DNA of 55,646 bases from Alkaliphilus sp. (GTDB lineage Bacteria; Bacillota; Clostridia; Peptostreptococcales; NVVX01), in NCBI GenBank assembly GCA_002733545.1, contig NVVX01000010.1, positions 1 through 55,646 on the forward strand, read 5' to 3'. The translations under genes were made by a program, and so were the position numbers. Positions 16,383 through 26,492 of the stretch are shown one piece after another (position 1 is the stretch's first letter; the number at the start of each line of letters is the position of its first letter). The notes beneath the pieces were generated by a model. That model did not search any database and had not been told where the DNA came from. It saw nothing but the letters and a program-made list of their open reading frames with translations.

Positions 16383-17703
16383 TTGGATGGAAAAGATATC
16401 ATTAGATTCATTTAAAAATGCTCTAAAAGATTTAGAATTAGTGAAATATACAGGAAGAGTCTCGCAAATTATTGGGTTAACTATTGAATCGATAGGCCCT
16501 TCAATTAAAATTGGCGAGGTATGTAAAATATACACATTGAAAAGCAAAAAAATTGTATTAGCAGAAGTTGTTGGGTTTAAAGAGAGAAGAGTATTGTTAA
16601 TGCCATTAGGCGAAATGGAAGGAATTGGACCAGGTAGTAAAGTCGAAGCAACAGGTTTTCAATTACAAGTTAAAGTTGGAGAATGTTTATTAGGAAGGGT
16701 ACTAGATGGACTTGGAAATACGATAGATGAGAAAGGGCATTTACCTACAATGAAAACTTATCCTGTGAATGCTGCTCCACCAAATCCTCTACGTCGGACT
16801 AAAATAACAGAACCTTTATCGCTTGGAATAAAGGCAATAGATGGACTTCTTACCTGTGGAAATGGGCAGCGACTCGGAATTTTTTCTGGTAGTGGAGTAG
16901 GAAAAAGTACTTTATTAGGTGCGATAGCTAGAAATACTCAAGCTGATGTAAATGTTATTGCTTTGATTGGTGAAAGAGGCAGAGAGGTTAACGAGTTCTT
17001 AGAAAATGACTTGAAGGAGGAAGGGCTAAAGAAATCTGTTGTAATCATTGCAACTTCAGATCAACCTGCTCTAGTTCGAATGAAAGGAGCACTTCTGGCG
17101 ACCTCAATTGCAGAATATTTTAGAGATCAAGGGAAGAATGTTCTCCTATTAATGGATTCTTTAACAAGGTTCTCAATGGCACTTAGAGAAATTGGGCTCG
17201 CAATAGGGGAACCACCAGTGACTAAAGGATATACCCCATCAGTATTTGCTGTTTTGCCTAAACTATTAGAGCGATCAGGCACTTCAGAAAAAGGATCAAT
17301 TACAGGGTTATATACAGTTTTAGTTGACGGAGATGATATGAACGATCCAATTGCTGACGCTGTTAGAGGGATTTTAGATGGGCATATTGTATTGTCAAGA
17401 AAGCTTGCAAACAAGAATCACTACCCAGCAATCGATATTTTGTCTAGCATTAGTAGAATAATGCCGAACATTTCAAGTAAAGAGCATGTGTTAAATGCGA
17501 ATAGAATTAAAGAAGTTTTAGCTGAATACAAAGAAGCAGAAGATTTAATAAATATTGGAGCTTATGCAAAAGGATCTAATAGCAGAATTGACTATGCAAT
17601 CGAAAAAATAGATGCAATAAATAAACTCTTAAAACAGGACACTGATGAGAAGTTTTCATATAATGAAACAGTTGATATTATAAAAAATATGATAAATGAG
17701 TAA
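16375..17703 (+). CDS. fliI: Flagellum-specific ATP synthase FliI
   Basis: Walker A GSGVGKST and Walker [11 protein letters not shown]. The start is GTG 16375 or ATG 16387. Confidence 0.95.
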   Translation: MSDWMEKISLDSFKNALKDLELVKYTGRVSQIIGLTIESIGPSIKIGEVCKIYTLKSKKIVLAEVVGFKERRVLLMPLGEMEGIGPGSKVEATGFQLQVKVGECLLGRVLDGLGNTIDEKGHLPTMKTYPVNAAPPNPLRRTKITEPLSLGIKAIDGLLTCGNGQRLGIFSGSGVGKSTLLGAIARNTQADVNVIALIGERGREVNEFLENDLKEEGLKKSVVIIATSDQPALVRMKGALLATSIAEYFRDQGKNVLLLMDSLTRFSMALREIGLAIGEPPVTKGYTPSVFAVLPKLLERSGTSEKGSITGLYTVLVDGDDMNDPIADAVRGILDGHIVLSRKLANKNHYPAIDILSSISRIMPNISSKEHVLNANRIKEVLAEYKEAEDLINIGAYAKGSNSRIDYAIEKIDAINKLLKQDTDEKFSYNETVDIIKNMINE

Positions 17704-17762
17704 ATCATGTTTGTCAGATTTCTAGAGATATCTTTTTAGAGGTATTGAACGGAGGATGAATA

Positions 17763-18215
17763 TTGGACAAGAAGTTTACATTTAAATTTCAAACAGTTTT
17801 AAACTTAAGAACAAAACAAGAAGATGTAAAAAAAAATGATGTAGGATTTGCAACAAAGAAACATCAGAAAGAAACTAATACGCTTTTGGTTATGAAGAAA
17901 AAGGAAGAGAAAATGATAGTTAAATGGAGAGATGAAACACAAAAAAGGCTTAAAATTGCAGACCTAAGGAGATTTGCAGATGAATTCGAGTATATCAAGA
18001 TGAGAATTGATGATCAGAACAATATAGTGAAAAAATCTGAAAAACGAGTTGAGCAAGAAATAGAACTATTAATAGAAGCGAAAAAACAACGAAAAATTTT
18101 TGATAAACTTAGAGAAAAATATTACGATGATTTTAAATATAATTGCTTAAAAGATGAAGAAATGCTTGTAGATCAAATTGTGACATTTAAAACTGCAAGC
18201 AGTAGCAGAGGGTAG
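17763..18215 (+). CDS. fliJ: Flagellar export chaperone FliJ
   Basis: 150-aa charged coiled-coil protein directly after fliI. TTG start follows GGAGG. Confidence 0.75.
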   Translation: MDKKFTFKFQTVLNLRTKQEDVKKNDVGFATKKHQKETNTLLVMKKKEEKMIVKWRDETQKRLKIADLRRFADEFEYIKMRIDDQNNIVKKSEKRVEQEIELLIEAKKQRKIFDKLREKYYDDFKYNCLKDEEMLVDQIVTFKTASSSRG

Positions 18216-18223
18216 GGATAGAA

Positions 18224-19471
18224 TTGCCTAATAAAGAACGAAAAAAAGCAAACATTGCAGTAGCTGTATTTCTAATTTTATTCATTATAATTGGGGTTCC
18301 TCTAAGTGCACTTACAATAACATACTTTACTAGTGAAAATTTTCAGTATTTAACTAATGAATTTATGTCAGATATGCCACTAGGAATCGGAGTTCATTTT
18401 GATAATTTACCAACAAGGGAAGAAAAGGAACAAATTAAATTACAAATTGCCACGCACTATATTTTAATGGAAACGGATAGAATTGTAGATAAGTTGACCA
18501 TTATAAAAAAAGAAGATCATCAACTATTTAACGATTTATTATTGATAATGGCTAAAAAGAACACACATAAAATGCATGAAGTAAACGAAATTTTGAGAGC
18601 TAGAGCGCTAGATGGAAACATCCTGCAAAGGACATTGCAAGAAATTTATAATGATGAAATTATATATATTGAGGAGATGACAAAACATATTACAAGCATG
18701 TCGGTTAGGTTAGCTGTAAAAGAAATTGAAAAATTTTCAAATTCAGGGAAACTTAATGATGAACAATTAACATTATTGTTTATATCATTGGATATTGAAA
18801 TAGCAGGCGAGTACCTAATTTATTTAGATGATAACATCACTTTTAAAATCATGCGTAGTTTACCGACGTCAATTAGAAATGATCTTGAGAAAACTATTGC
18901 AGCATTCGACGAAAAACATATAAATTTGCAAGAAATTGCCGATATCTATGCTAAGGGCAGTATTATTGAGGCAGTAAATGATTTAAGTGACATTGAGAAG
19001 TATAACATCAATGAATTAGCTATTATATTTTTGCAAATGGATATTGTGAAGGCTGCTGAAATACTGGCAAGTAGAGCTGAAAGTGAGTTTGTTTTTTCGA
19101 TATTCAATGCAATAGATGAAAGAGAGGCATTAAATATCTTATTATTCTATGAAAGCCAAAATTTTTCAATTAACCTAGCACAAGCGATAGAAGCATTTAG
19201 AAACTATCAAACAAGACTAAATGAACTATCTCAAATATACGAGAAAATGGAATCTGATGAAATAGCTGCTTTAATGAGTCAAATGCTAAGAAATAACATA
19301 GAGTTTAAAGAAATAGTATTATCAAATGGTGAAAGAATTAGTTTTACAGAAGAACAGTTAGTAATAGATATTTTAAATAATTTTAAACATACATTAGTAG
19401 CAGATATTTTAGGAGAACTTGATACTAGAGCGGCAGTGGAATTATCGCAGAAGCTAATTATTAAGCCCTAA
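18224..19471 (+). CDS. ylxF: YlxF-position flagellar operon protein: N-terminal TM helix plus repeated MgtE-N-like helical segments
   Basis: One TM helix (IAVAVFLILFIIIGVPLSALTITYF), then segments such as ELAIIFLQMDIVKAAEILAS and LVADILGELDTRAAVELSQKL. Occupies the fliJ-fliK slot. Confidence 0.55.
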   Translation: MPNKERKKANIAVAVFLILFIIIGVPLSALTITYFTSENFQYLTNEFMSDMPLGIGVHFDNLPTREEKEQIKLQIATHYILMETDRIVDKLTIIKKEDHQLFNDLLLIMAKKNTHKMHEVNEILRARALDGNILQRTLQEIYNDEIIYIEEMTKHITSMSVRLAVKEIEKFSNSGKLNDEQLTLLFISLDIEIAGEYLIYLDDNITFKIMRSLPTSIRNDLEKTIAAFDEKHINLQEIADIYAKGSIIEAVNDLSDIEKYNINELAIIFLQMDIVKAAEILASRAESEFVFSIFNAIDEREALNILLFYESQNFSINLAQAIEAFRNYQTRLNELSQIYEKMESDEIAALMSQMLRNNIEFKEIVLSNGERISFTEEQLVIDILNNFKHTLVADILGELDTRAAVELSQKLIIKP

Positions 19472-19512
19472 TAATAGGTTTTAATATAACTTTGAGAGGA
19501 GGTGAAACGAAG

Positions 19513-20931
19513 ATGCAAATGCAAATGAATTCGATCAGTTTATTGATAGTAGAAAATCATAGTATCAAAAACAACTATGTTACTGCTGTGAAACGAACAA
19601 ATAGGGATGTATCAAGTGATTTTATTAATCTTTTTAGACAAGAGCAAAATAAGGCGAACGGAATTTCTAAAGAGAGTAAAGATAGAACAGCAGAAGGATT
19701 TAATATGCCTGTTAACCAAGAAGAAAAAGCAGTAGAACAAGTAAAAAACAATCTTAGTGACGATAGTCCTCAATTAGTCGAAGCGGAAAAAACCCCCAAT
19801 GATGAGTTGGTGGAGGTAGACTCTGAAGAGATTAGTGTAGATAGCTGTGATGAAGTAGCAGTTTGCGCCAGTCAACATACTGTATTGAATTTAGAAGTAT
19901 TGTTGACTAGGTTAGAAGAATTGTTAGGAAGCTCTGTAGAAATAAAGGATATTAAGGGAGCTATAGTTGAGATGAAACTTTTATTAGAAGGTTCAAGTAG
20001 AGATACCGAGACTGATTTGATAACATTGAAAAATCAGTTAGGTAAATTGCTAGAATTAATAGAAGCTAATATTGATACGACCAAACTTTTTACTGCAGCG
20101 GAGGATATTTTAAATGTTGATTTAAGTAGCGATTCAAGTGGCGCTGAAAAATTCAATCAAGTAATTAAAGAGTTGTACATGCTGTTTGAAAAATTTAACA
20201 AGTCACTAAACAGCGAAAAAATCACTCCTTACATGCTTAAACCAGAAATCATAGAAAACTCTAAGGCTAATGAAATGCTAAAGCATTACCAAGATGTTGA
20301 AAGCATTGGAAAAATCGAGGTTTTGCTGGCTGATGAACAAACAAAAATTAGCAGTAGTGCTGAAAAAGAGATTCCTACTATATCTGGCGATACAAATCAA
20401 GACGAAAATATTGCGATTGGTAATTCTATTTTAAGAGATAAGTCTATTCTTTTTACAAAAGTTGATTTAGAAACTCAAAAGAATTCATCGACACTAGAGA
20501 CAAAGAAAGTTCTTGAGCAAATAGTCGAAAAAGTACTTGTCAACACAACAAATAACAAAAGTGAAATGCTAATTAAATTAACACCTGAAAGACTAGGAAA
20601 TGTCTCTGTTAATATTACAGTTGAAAAAGGTCTTGTAAATGCTACATTGTATGCTGAGAATTATCAAGTAAAAGAAATGTTAGAAAGCAACATTGAACAA
20701 CTTAGAACAATATTAATTGAAAAAGGACTAGGAATAGAAAGTCTTAATGTCTCAGTAGGGCAATACCAAGAACAGCTTAACAAATTTAGGCATTCAGCTT
20801 TTAATCAGAGTGGTAAAAAGAACGAAAAAAACACAGGAGTAGATGTTATACATCAAGCGACAATTTATGATGATAACATGATTAATCGCAACCCATATAT
20901 TAAAGCTACGCAGTTTGATATGCTAGCATAG
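19513..20931 (+). CDS. fliK: Flagellar hook-length control protein FliK
   Basis: The C-terminal segment LIKLTPERLGNVSVNITVEKGLVNATLYAENYQVKEMLESNIEQLR reads as a Flg_hook domain. ATG 19513 lies 10 nt after GGAGG (the track ORF starts at TTG 19492). Confidence 0.8.
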   Translation: MQMQMNSISLLIVENHSIKNNYVTAVKRTNRDVSSDFINLFRQEQNKANGISKESKDRTAEGFNMPVNQEEKAVEQVKNNLSDDSPQLVEAEKTPNDELVEVDSEEISVDSCDEVAVCASQHTVLNLEVLLTRLEELLGSSVEIKDIKGAIVEMKLLLEGSSRDTETDLITLKNQLGKLLELIEANIDTTKLFTAAEDILNVDLSSDSSGAEKFNQVIKELYMLFEKFNKSLNSEKITPYMLKPEIIENSKANEMLKHYQDVESIGKIEVLLADEQTKISSSAEKEIPTISGDTNQDENIAIGNSILRDKSILFTKVDLETQKNSSTLETKKVLEQIVEKVLVNTTNNKSEMLIKLTPERLGNVSVNITVEKGLVNATLYAENYQVKEMLESNIEQLRTILIEKGLGIESLNVSVGQYQEQLNKFRHSAFNQSGKKNEKNTGVDVIHQATIYDDNMINRNPYIKATQFDMLA

Positions 20932-20945
20932 TAAAGGAGGACAAT

Positions 20946-21302
20946 ATGGACGTTTCAGAAGTGCAAGGGAAGTATAAAGAATATAGTGCGGAAAAAAAGA
21001 ATGATTTTGCGTCAAATATGGACAAAGATATGTTTTTAGAATTGTTAGTTGCTCAAATGAGAAACCAAGATCCACTAAATCCAATGGAAGACAGAGAATT
21101 CATTGCCCAAATGGCGCAATTTTCATCGCTTGAACAAATGCAAAACTTAAATAGTGGATTGGATTCTTTTAAAGAAGAAGTAATGGAGCAAATACAGCAT
21201 ATGAACAACAACATGGTACTTAGCCAAACAAATATCGTAGACAAAATAGCATTACTAAATACTACGGTAGAACAAATTATTAATGCCTACAACAATGAGT
21301 AG
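20946..21302 (+). CDS. flgD: Flagellar hook capping/assembly protein FlgD (short form)
   Basis: FLELLVAQMRNQDPLNPMEDREFIAQMAQFSSLEQMQNLN is the FlgD N-domain signature. At 118 aa there is no long C-terminal domain. Confidence 0.85.
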   Translation: MDVSEVQGKYKEYSAEKKNDFASNMDKDMFLELLVAQMRNQDPLNPMEDREFIAQMAQFSSLEQMQNLNSGLDSFKEEVMEQIQHMNNNMVLSQTNIVDKIALLNTTVEQIINAYNNE

Positions 21303-21340
21303 TAGACTATATGGATGTAAATATTTAAGGAGGTTCATGT

Positions 21341-21715
21341 ATGTATAATAATATGAAAATACAGCCTAACTCCATAAAACAAATTAAGACTAACACTATA
21401 CAGCAGAAAAAAAATGCGGGAAACTTCAACAATATTCTCAATGATCAAATCAAAAAGAATGGCGAAATTAAGTTTTCTAAACATGCTATGAATAGATTAG
21501 AGCAAAGAGACATTTCGCTTTCATTTGAGGAAAAAGGACGAATATCTAAAGCATTAAGTATTGCAGGTAATAAAGGAATAAAAGAGACACTTATACTGAT
21601 GGATAACAAAATATTTGTTGCAAGCGTAAGAAACAGAACTATTATTACAGCAACTCTTGAAGGGCAATTAAAAGAAAGCACATTCACAAATATTGATGGT
21701 GCTGTAATAATTTAA
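21341..21715 (+). CDS. Flagellar operon protein of unknown function (flgD-flgE slot; resembles my recollection of the TIGR02530 family)
   Basis: 124 aa with an FSKHAMNRLEQRDISL motif. Sits between flgD and flgE. RBS AAGGAGG lies 7 nt upstream. Confidence 0.6.
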   Translation: MYNNMKIQPNSIKQIKTNTIQQKKNAGNFNNILNDQIKKNGEIKFSKHAMNRLEQRDISLSFEEKGRISKALSIAGNKGIKETLILMDNKIFVASVRNRTIITATLEGQLKESTFTNIDGAVII

Positions 21716-21810
21716 GCCGGACCAACTATTAATCGATTTTTCGATTTGGAGGCTTACCATTTCTGACTGACTGACGAAATGGAACATAAAAAATAGGAGG
21801 TTGTTATAAA

Positions 21811-23175
21811 ATGATGAGATCTATGTTTTCTGCTGTATCAGGACTTCGTGCTCACCAAACGCGAATGGATGTTATAGGTAATAATATCGCTAACATTAAT
21901 ACGGTAGGTTTTAAAGGTGGAAGAGTAACTTTTCAAGAAGTATTTAACCAAACATTAAGAGCAGCAGGTTCGCCACAAGTTGGAAGAGGTGGAACTAATC
22001 CTCACCAAGTTGGGCTTGGAATTAGCGTTGCTTCAATGGATACATTCCACGTAAGAGGAGCTGTTGAAAGAACAGACTATAATACTGATTTAATGATAAA
22101 TGGAAGTGGTTTCTTTTTGGTTTCTGATGACCCCAACTTTCTTAATAGATCTTTTACTAGAGCAGGAAACTTTACTTTAGACGAGCAAGGGAATTTGGTT
22201 ACTACAGAAGGGTTTAAAGTGCTGGGATATATGGCAGATGAAAATGGAGCATTACAAGCAAGACTCGAAGGCTTAGTGATCTCTAAAGCTGTTACTTCAG
22301 ACGCAAAGGTATCTGAAAATGCCATTCTAGAAGGGAATTTAGATAGTCAGACACAAATTTCTGTTGCTACAGCAAATGTTGGACCCGATGGTGGAGATAC
22401 AGTATATTGGGAAAAAACAGTTGATGGCATAACAACTTTTGAAGTAAATCCAGCGTATGAAGAGGCTGTTGCTAGAGAAACGTCTTTTCAAGTGTTTGAC
22501 AAACTAGGTGGGATGCATCAAATAAAACTAACATTTATAAAAACAACAAATAATGATTTTGAAGTAGAAGCATTTTATATTGAAGAAAATGGGAATACGT
22601 TTCACGCAGGCAGTCCAGAATTAGGACAAAGTGCTGCAACTAATTTGAATTTTTTACCAACTGGGAAACTGTCTCTTGCAACTACAGTTGAACTGACAAT
22701 AGGAGATACTTTAACTAGCGGAGCAGGACCATTTACTTTTGAAATAGATTTTACAAAGCTTAATATGTTTGCAAACACCTCAACGGTTTCAGCCACTAGT
22801 ATCGATGGATTTAAACAAGGAACGCTAAATGACTTTGCAATCGCTCCTTCAGGTGAAATTTTAGGTGCGTTTGATAATGGACAAAGACGAGTACTTGGAC
22901 AAGTTGCACTTGCAAACTTTAAGAATACATCGGGACTTGCAAAAACTTCTGCAAATATGTTTGTAAATACGCAAAACTCGGGAGAGCCTATCATTGGTCA
23001 ACCTGGAGTAGCTGGATTTGGTGCTTTAAATCCAGGAGCACTTGAAATGTCAAATGTAGACTTATCAAGAGAGTTTACTAATATGATTACAACGCAAAGA
23101 GGATTTCAGGCGAATTCTAGAGTTATTACTACAACAGACGAAATGCTGCAAGAGTTAGTAAATCTAAAGAGATAA
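21811..23175 (+). CDS. flgE: Flagellar hook protein FlgE
   Basis: MMRSMFSAVSGLRAHQTRMDVIGNNIANINTVGFK N-terminus and NVDLSREFTNMITTQRGFQANSRVITTTDEMLQELVNLKR C-terminus. Confidence 0.95.
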   Translation: MMRSMFSAVSGLRAHQTRMDVIGNNIANINTVGFKGGRVTFQEVFNQTLRAAGSPQVGRGGTNPHQVGLGISVASMDTFHVRGAVERTDYNTDLMINGSGFFLVSDDPNFLNRSFTRAGNFTLDEQGNLVTTEGFKVLGYMADENGALQARLEGLVISKAVTSDAKVSENAILEGNLDSQTQISVATANVGPDGGDTVYWEKTVDGITTFEVNPAYEEAVARETSFQVFDKLGGMHQIKLTFIKTTNNDFEVEAFYIEENGNTFHAGSPELGQSAATNLNFLPTGKLSLATTVELTIGDTLTSGAGPFTFEIDFTKLNMFANTSTVSATSIDGFKQGTLNDFAIAPSGEILGAFDNGQRRVLGQVALANFKNTSGLAKTSANMFVNTQNSGEPIIGQPGVAGFGALNPGALEMSNVDLSREFTNMITTQRGFQANSRVITTTDEMLQELVNLKR

Positions 23176-23184
23176 TACAATAAT

Positions 23185-23210
23185 GCTCTCAGGTTTTACC
23201 TCCTGAGAGC
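23185..23210 (+). promoter_or_regulatory. Intra-operon stem-loop directly after flgE (no U-tract)
   Basis: GCTCTCAGG (23185-23193) pairs perfectly with CCTGAGAGC (23202-23210), with an 8-nt loop. It starts 10 nt after the flgE stop. Confidence 0.6.
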
Positions 23211-23225
23211 TAAAAGGATGATAAT

Positions 23226-23435
23226 ATGATTACTCTAAAAAGGTTAAATGATGAAGAATTTCTACTAAATAGTGATTTAATAGAATTTATAGATCAAACA
23301 CCAGATACGATAATAACACTAATGAATGGGCATAAATACGTGGTTTTAGAAAAGACAGAAGAAATTCTTGAGAAAATAAAGAAATACAAAAAAGATATTT
23401 ATTTAGGAAAGCATTTGCAAGACGACAATTTTTAG
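23226..23435 (+). CDS. flbD: Flagellar protein FlbD (SwrD-like)
   Basis: 69 aa: MITLKRLNDEEFLLNSDLIEFIDQTPDTIITLMNGHKYVV. Lies immediately upstream of motA. Confidence 0.85.
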   Translation: MITLKRLNDEEFLLNSDLIEFIDQTPDTIITLMNGHKYVVLEKTEEILEKIKKYKKDIYLGKHLQDDNF

Positions 23436-23450
23436 AAGAGAGGTAATATA

Positions 23451-24242
23451 ATGGACATAGGTAGTATAGCGGGTCTGTTAGTAGGGTTACTATTTATTAT
23501 ACTAGGTATTATGGATGGCGGAAGCTTGGCATCGTTCATTAATATGCCATCGCTACAAATTGTAGTTGGCGGAACATTTGCGGCAACATTTATAGCCTAC
23601 CCTATGAAGAAAGTTTTTGAATCTGCAAAAATAGCAGGCAAAGTTTTCGGCTCTTCAAAGGATGACCCGACAATTGTATTGTCAAAAATAATTGAATTAG
23701 CAAATACCGCCAGAAAAGAAGGCTTGCTTGCTCTTGAAGAAATTTCACAAAGCATAGATGATAAATTTCTAAATAAAGGTGTTATGTTAATAGTTGATGG
23801 GACTGACCCTGAGCTAGTAAGAAATTTGCTTGAAACTGAACTTGCTTTTATAGAGGAGAGGCATAGTGATGGAAGAGGCTTATTTGATACATTAGGTATG
23901 CTAGCCCCAGCTTTTGGTATGGTAGGAACTTTGATAGGACTTATAAACATGTTAGCTAAGCTGGATGACCCTTCAACAGTTGGACCGAGTATGGCTGTAG
24001 CACTTATTACAACTCTTTATGGTTCGTTGATGGCAAATTTAATCTTTATTCCCATTGCTACAAAACTTAAATTAAGAAGCAGGGAAGAAATATTGATAAA
24101 AGAAATAATAGTAGAGGGATTACTTTCGATACAAGCAGGCGAAAATCCAAGAATCATTGAAGAAAAACTTAAAGCTTTCTTACCACCTAAAATTAGAGAA
24201 GCTCTGCAGGCGAAACAAGAAGAGGTGGTAGAAGGTGCCTAA
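23451..24242 (+). CDS. motA: Flagellar stator protein MotA
   Basis: MotA/TolQ/ExbB-type membrane protein (APAFGMVGTLIGLINML...ALITTLYGSLMANLIFIPIA). Confidence 0.9.
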   Translation: MDIGSIAGLLVGLLFIILGIMDGGSLASFINMPSLQIVVGGTFAATFIAYPMKKVFESAKIAGKVFGSSKDDPTIVLSKIIELANTARKEGLLALEEISQSIDDKFLNKGVMLIVDGTDPELVRNLLETELAFIEERHSDGRGLFDTLGMLAPAFGMVGTLIGLINMLAKLDDPSTVGPSMAVALITTLYGSLMANLIFIPIATKLKLRSREEILIKEIIVEGLLSIQAGENPRIIEEKLKAFLPPKIREALQAKQEEVVEGA

Positions 24243-24984
24243 GAAAAAAAGACAAGAGGAGAAACCTGCTGGTGCACCCGCATGGATGTCAACATATGGT
24301 GATATGGTAACGCTACTGCTATGTTTCTTTGTGCTTTTATTCGCATTTTCAACGATAGATGCTGAAAAATTCCAAGCGATTATTACTGCTTTTCAAGGCT
24401 CCATTGGGATAATGGAGGATGGAACAACTGTTGAGCCTACAGATTTTGTATCAGAAGCTTTGCAAGATGATTTGACAACGAAGCAAGAAAAGGAATTGGA
24501 GGACTTTAGAAAGTTGCAAGAACAATTAGAAGCTTTTTTAGAGAAACATGATTTACAAGCAGATGTACTAGTGACACTAGAGACTATAGGGTTGGTTTTG
24601 AGACTTCAGGATAATGTACTTTTTGATTCAGGAAGATCAGAATTAAAACAGGAAGCAGCAGAATTGCTAACATACCTATCGACTTTACTGAAACAGTCTG
24701 AGTTTATAGATAAACATGTAAGAGTAGAAGGACATACTGACAGTGACCCCTTACTTCCAGGTGCGAGATACGAAACTAATTGGGAGTTATCAGTAGCACG
24801 TGCTTCAAGAGTTGTTAGACATTTGATTGAAATTGAGGAACTTTCTCCACAACGATTTACTGCAGCAGGATACTCAAAATATCATCCGATTGCTCCTAAT
24901 GACATTGCAACTAATAAAGCAAAGAATAGACGAGTAGATATTGTAATACTTAGAGCAGAAATGATTGTAGATTTATCTAATTAG
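24235..24984 (+). CDS. motB: Flagellar stator protein MotB
   Basis: N-terminal plug and TM (APAWMSTYGDMVTLLLCFF, with the conserved Asp). OmpA-like C-terminus (NWELSVARA...NRRVDIVIL). Overlaps motA by 8 nt. Confidence 0.9.
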   Translation: MPKKKRQEEKPAGAPAWMSTYGDMVTLLLCFFVLLFAFSTIDAEKFQAIITAFQGSIGIMEDGTTVEPTDFVSEALQDDLTTKQEKELEDFRKLQEQLEAFLEKHDLQADVLVTLETIGLVLRLQDNVLFDSGRSELKQEAAELLTYLSTLLKQSEFIDKHVRVEGHTDSDPLLPGARYETNWELSVARASRVVRHLIEIEELSPQRFTAAGYSKYHPIAPNDIATNKAKNRRVDIVILRAEMIVDLSN

Positions 24985-25040
24985 AATGATGCTTGTTTGT
25001 ACAGCAAATTCGTTTGTGAATAAGCAGGGAGGAAAGTTTT

Positions 25041-25460
25041 ATGAGTATAAAAAAAATTGTTTTATTTGCCATAATAGGCTTAATTGTAGTAGGTATAATT
25101 GCTGGAACTATTTTGTACTTTACTATCTTTAGAAGTACAGATGAAGAAAAAATAGTAGAAATTGAAACATTTGAATTTCAATTAGGCAAGTTCACTACCA
25201 ATTTAAGTGATTCTAGAGATTTTTTTAGAGGAGATATAGTGATTGAAACTAGTAATAAAGATTTGCTAAAAGAGTTTGAAACCAAAAATGCAGAATTAAG
25301 AGACCGTATTATCAAAATAATTATTACAAAGAAACCCAATGAAATGTTAAGTGCAGATGGACTGCAAAAATTAAGAGAAGAGATTATTGCTGCTATTTCT
25401 GATGTAATAGATACGGATGAGATAACAAATTTATTTTTTATCGACTATATCATCCAATAG
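25041..25460 (+). CDS. fliL: Flagellar basal body-associated protein FliL
   Basis: 139 aa with a single N-terminal TM helix and a FliL-like C-terminus (NLFFIDYIIQ). Position before fliM. Confidence 0.8.
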   Translation: MSIKKIVLFAIIGLIVVGIIAGTILYFTIFRSTDEEKIVEIETFEFQLGKFTTNLSDSRDFFRGDIVIETSNKDLLKEFETKNAELRDRIIKIIITKKPNEMLSADGLQKLREEIIAAISDVIDTDEITNLFFIDYIIQ

Positions 25461-25472
25461 GAGGTGAGATTA

Positions 25473-26492
25473 TTGGCAGAGATAATGTCGCAAAATGAAA
25501 TAGATAGTTTGCTTAATGCGTTAAGTTCTGGAGAAGTTGATGTTGAAGAGATAAAGAATGAAGTAGACGAAAAAAAAGTTATAGCATATGATTTTCGAAG
25601 CCCTAAAAAACTTGCTAAAGATCAGTTAAAGACATTACAAATTATTCATGATAATTTTTGTAGAGGACTGAATACATTTTTAGCAGGTTACTTAAGAAGT
25701 TATGTGCACTCTGAAGTTCTTTCTGTAGAAGAGTTATCATATTATGAGTTTAGTAATTCCATTGCAAACCCGTCGGTATTATCGATAATTGACTTTAATC
25801 CGTTAGAAGGTCAGATTGTTATGGACTTATCGCCTGCTGTTGGTTTTTCCTTTATAGATAGGATTCTTGGAGGTAAGGGCAAACTCTTTGATGAAAAACG
25901 AACATTTACTGAAATTGAATCTTCGTTGATAAGAAAACTTATTAAGCAAATCATGGATCTATTAGTTGACCCTTGGGCAAATGTTATAGAATTAAGTCCA
26001 AAGCTTGATAAAATAGAGTACAACTCGCAATTTGTACAAATTATATCGCCTAATGAAACTGTTGCTTTAATAACCTTAGCAATAAAAATTGGTGACGTAG
26101 AAGGAATGATTAACATTTGTATTCCTCATATTGTAATAGAACCAATACTTGGGAAGTTAAGCACAAAGTTTTGGTTTTCGAAAATAAGTAAAGAGATCAC
26201 TAAAAATGAAAAAGACTCTTTGAAAAAAAACCTAGAAAAAGGGAAGTTGAAAGTATCTGCAATACTAGGGAAAACCGAGATAACAGTAAAAGAATTTATT
26301 GGACTGCAAGTAGGTGATGTGATTAAGTTAGATAACCTTACAAAAAACCCGATAGAAATTTTGGTAGGAGAAAGAAATAAATATTATGGATTTCCAGGAA
26401 CAAAGAAGAATAAATTAGCTATTAAAATAACTGAAATCGATAGGGAAGGAGATGAGAATTATGAGCGAAATGCTTTCGCAAGAAGAAATTGA
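25473..26492 (+). CDS. fliM: Flagellar motor switch protein FliM
   Basis: The CheY-P-binding N-terminus MAEIMSQNEIDSLLNAL runs from TTG 25473, 8 nt after AGGAGG (the track ORF starts at GTG 25464). SpoA-like C-terminus. Confidence 0.9.
   Translation: MAEIMSQNEIDSLLNALSSGEVDVEEIKNEVDEKKVIAYDFRSPKKLAKDQLKTLQIIHDNFCRGLNTFLAGYLRSYVHSEVLSVEELSYYEFSNSIANPSVLSIIDFNPLEGQIVMDLSPAVGFSFIDRILGGKGKLFDEKRTFTEIESSLIRKLIKQIMDLLVDPWANVIELSPKLDKIEYNSQFVQIISPNETVALITLAIKIGDVEGMINICIPHIVIEPILGKLSTKFWFSKISKEITKNEKDSLKKNLEKGKLKVSAILGKTEITVKEFIGLQVGDVIKLDNLTKNPIEILVGERNKYYGFPGTKKNKLAIKITEIDREGDENYERNAFARRN

Noticed and set aside
18921-18945. A sigma-D-like promoter inside ylxF: TAAA (18921-18924) and a perfect GCCGATAT (18938-18945).
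   Set aside because: The spacer is 13 nt rather than the 15-16 nt of the B. subtilis sigma-D consensus. The site is inside coding sequence, about 570 bp from the next start codon. By my rough estimate, one exact GCCGATAT is expected by chance in a window of this size.
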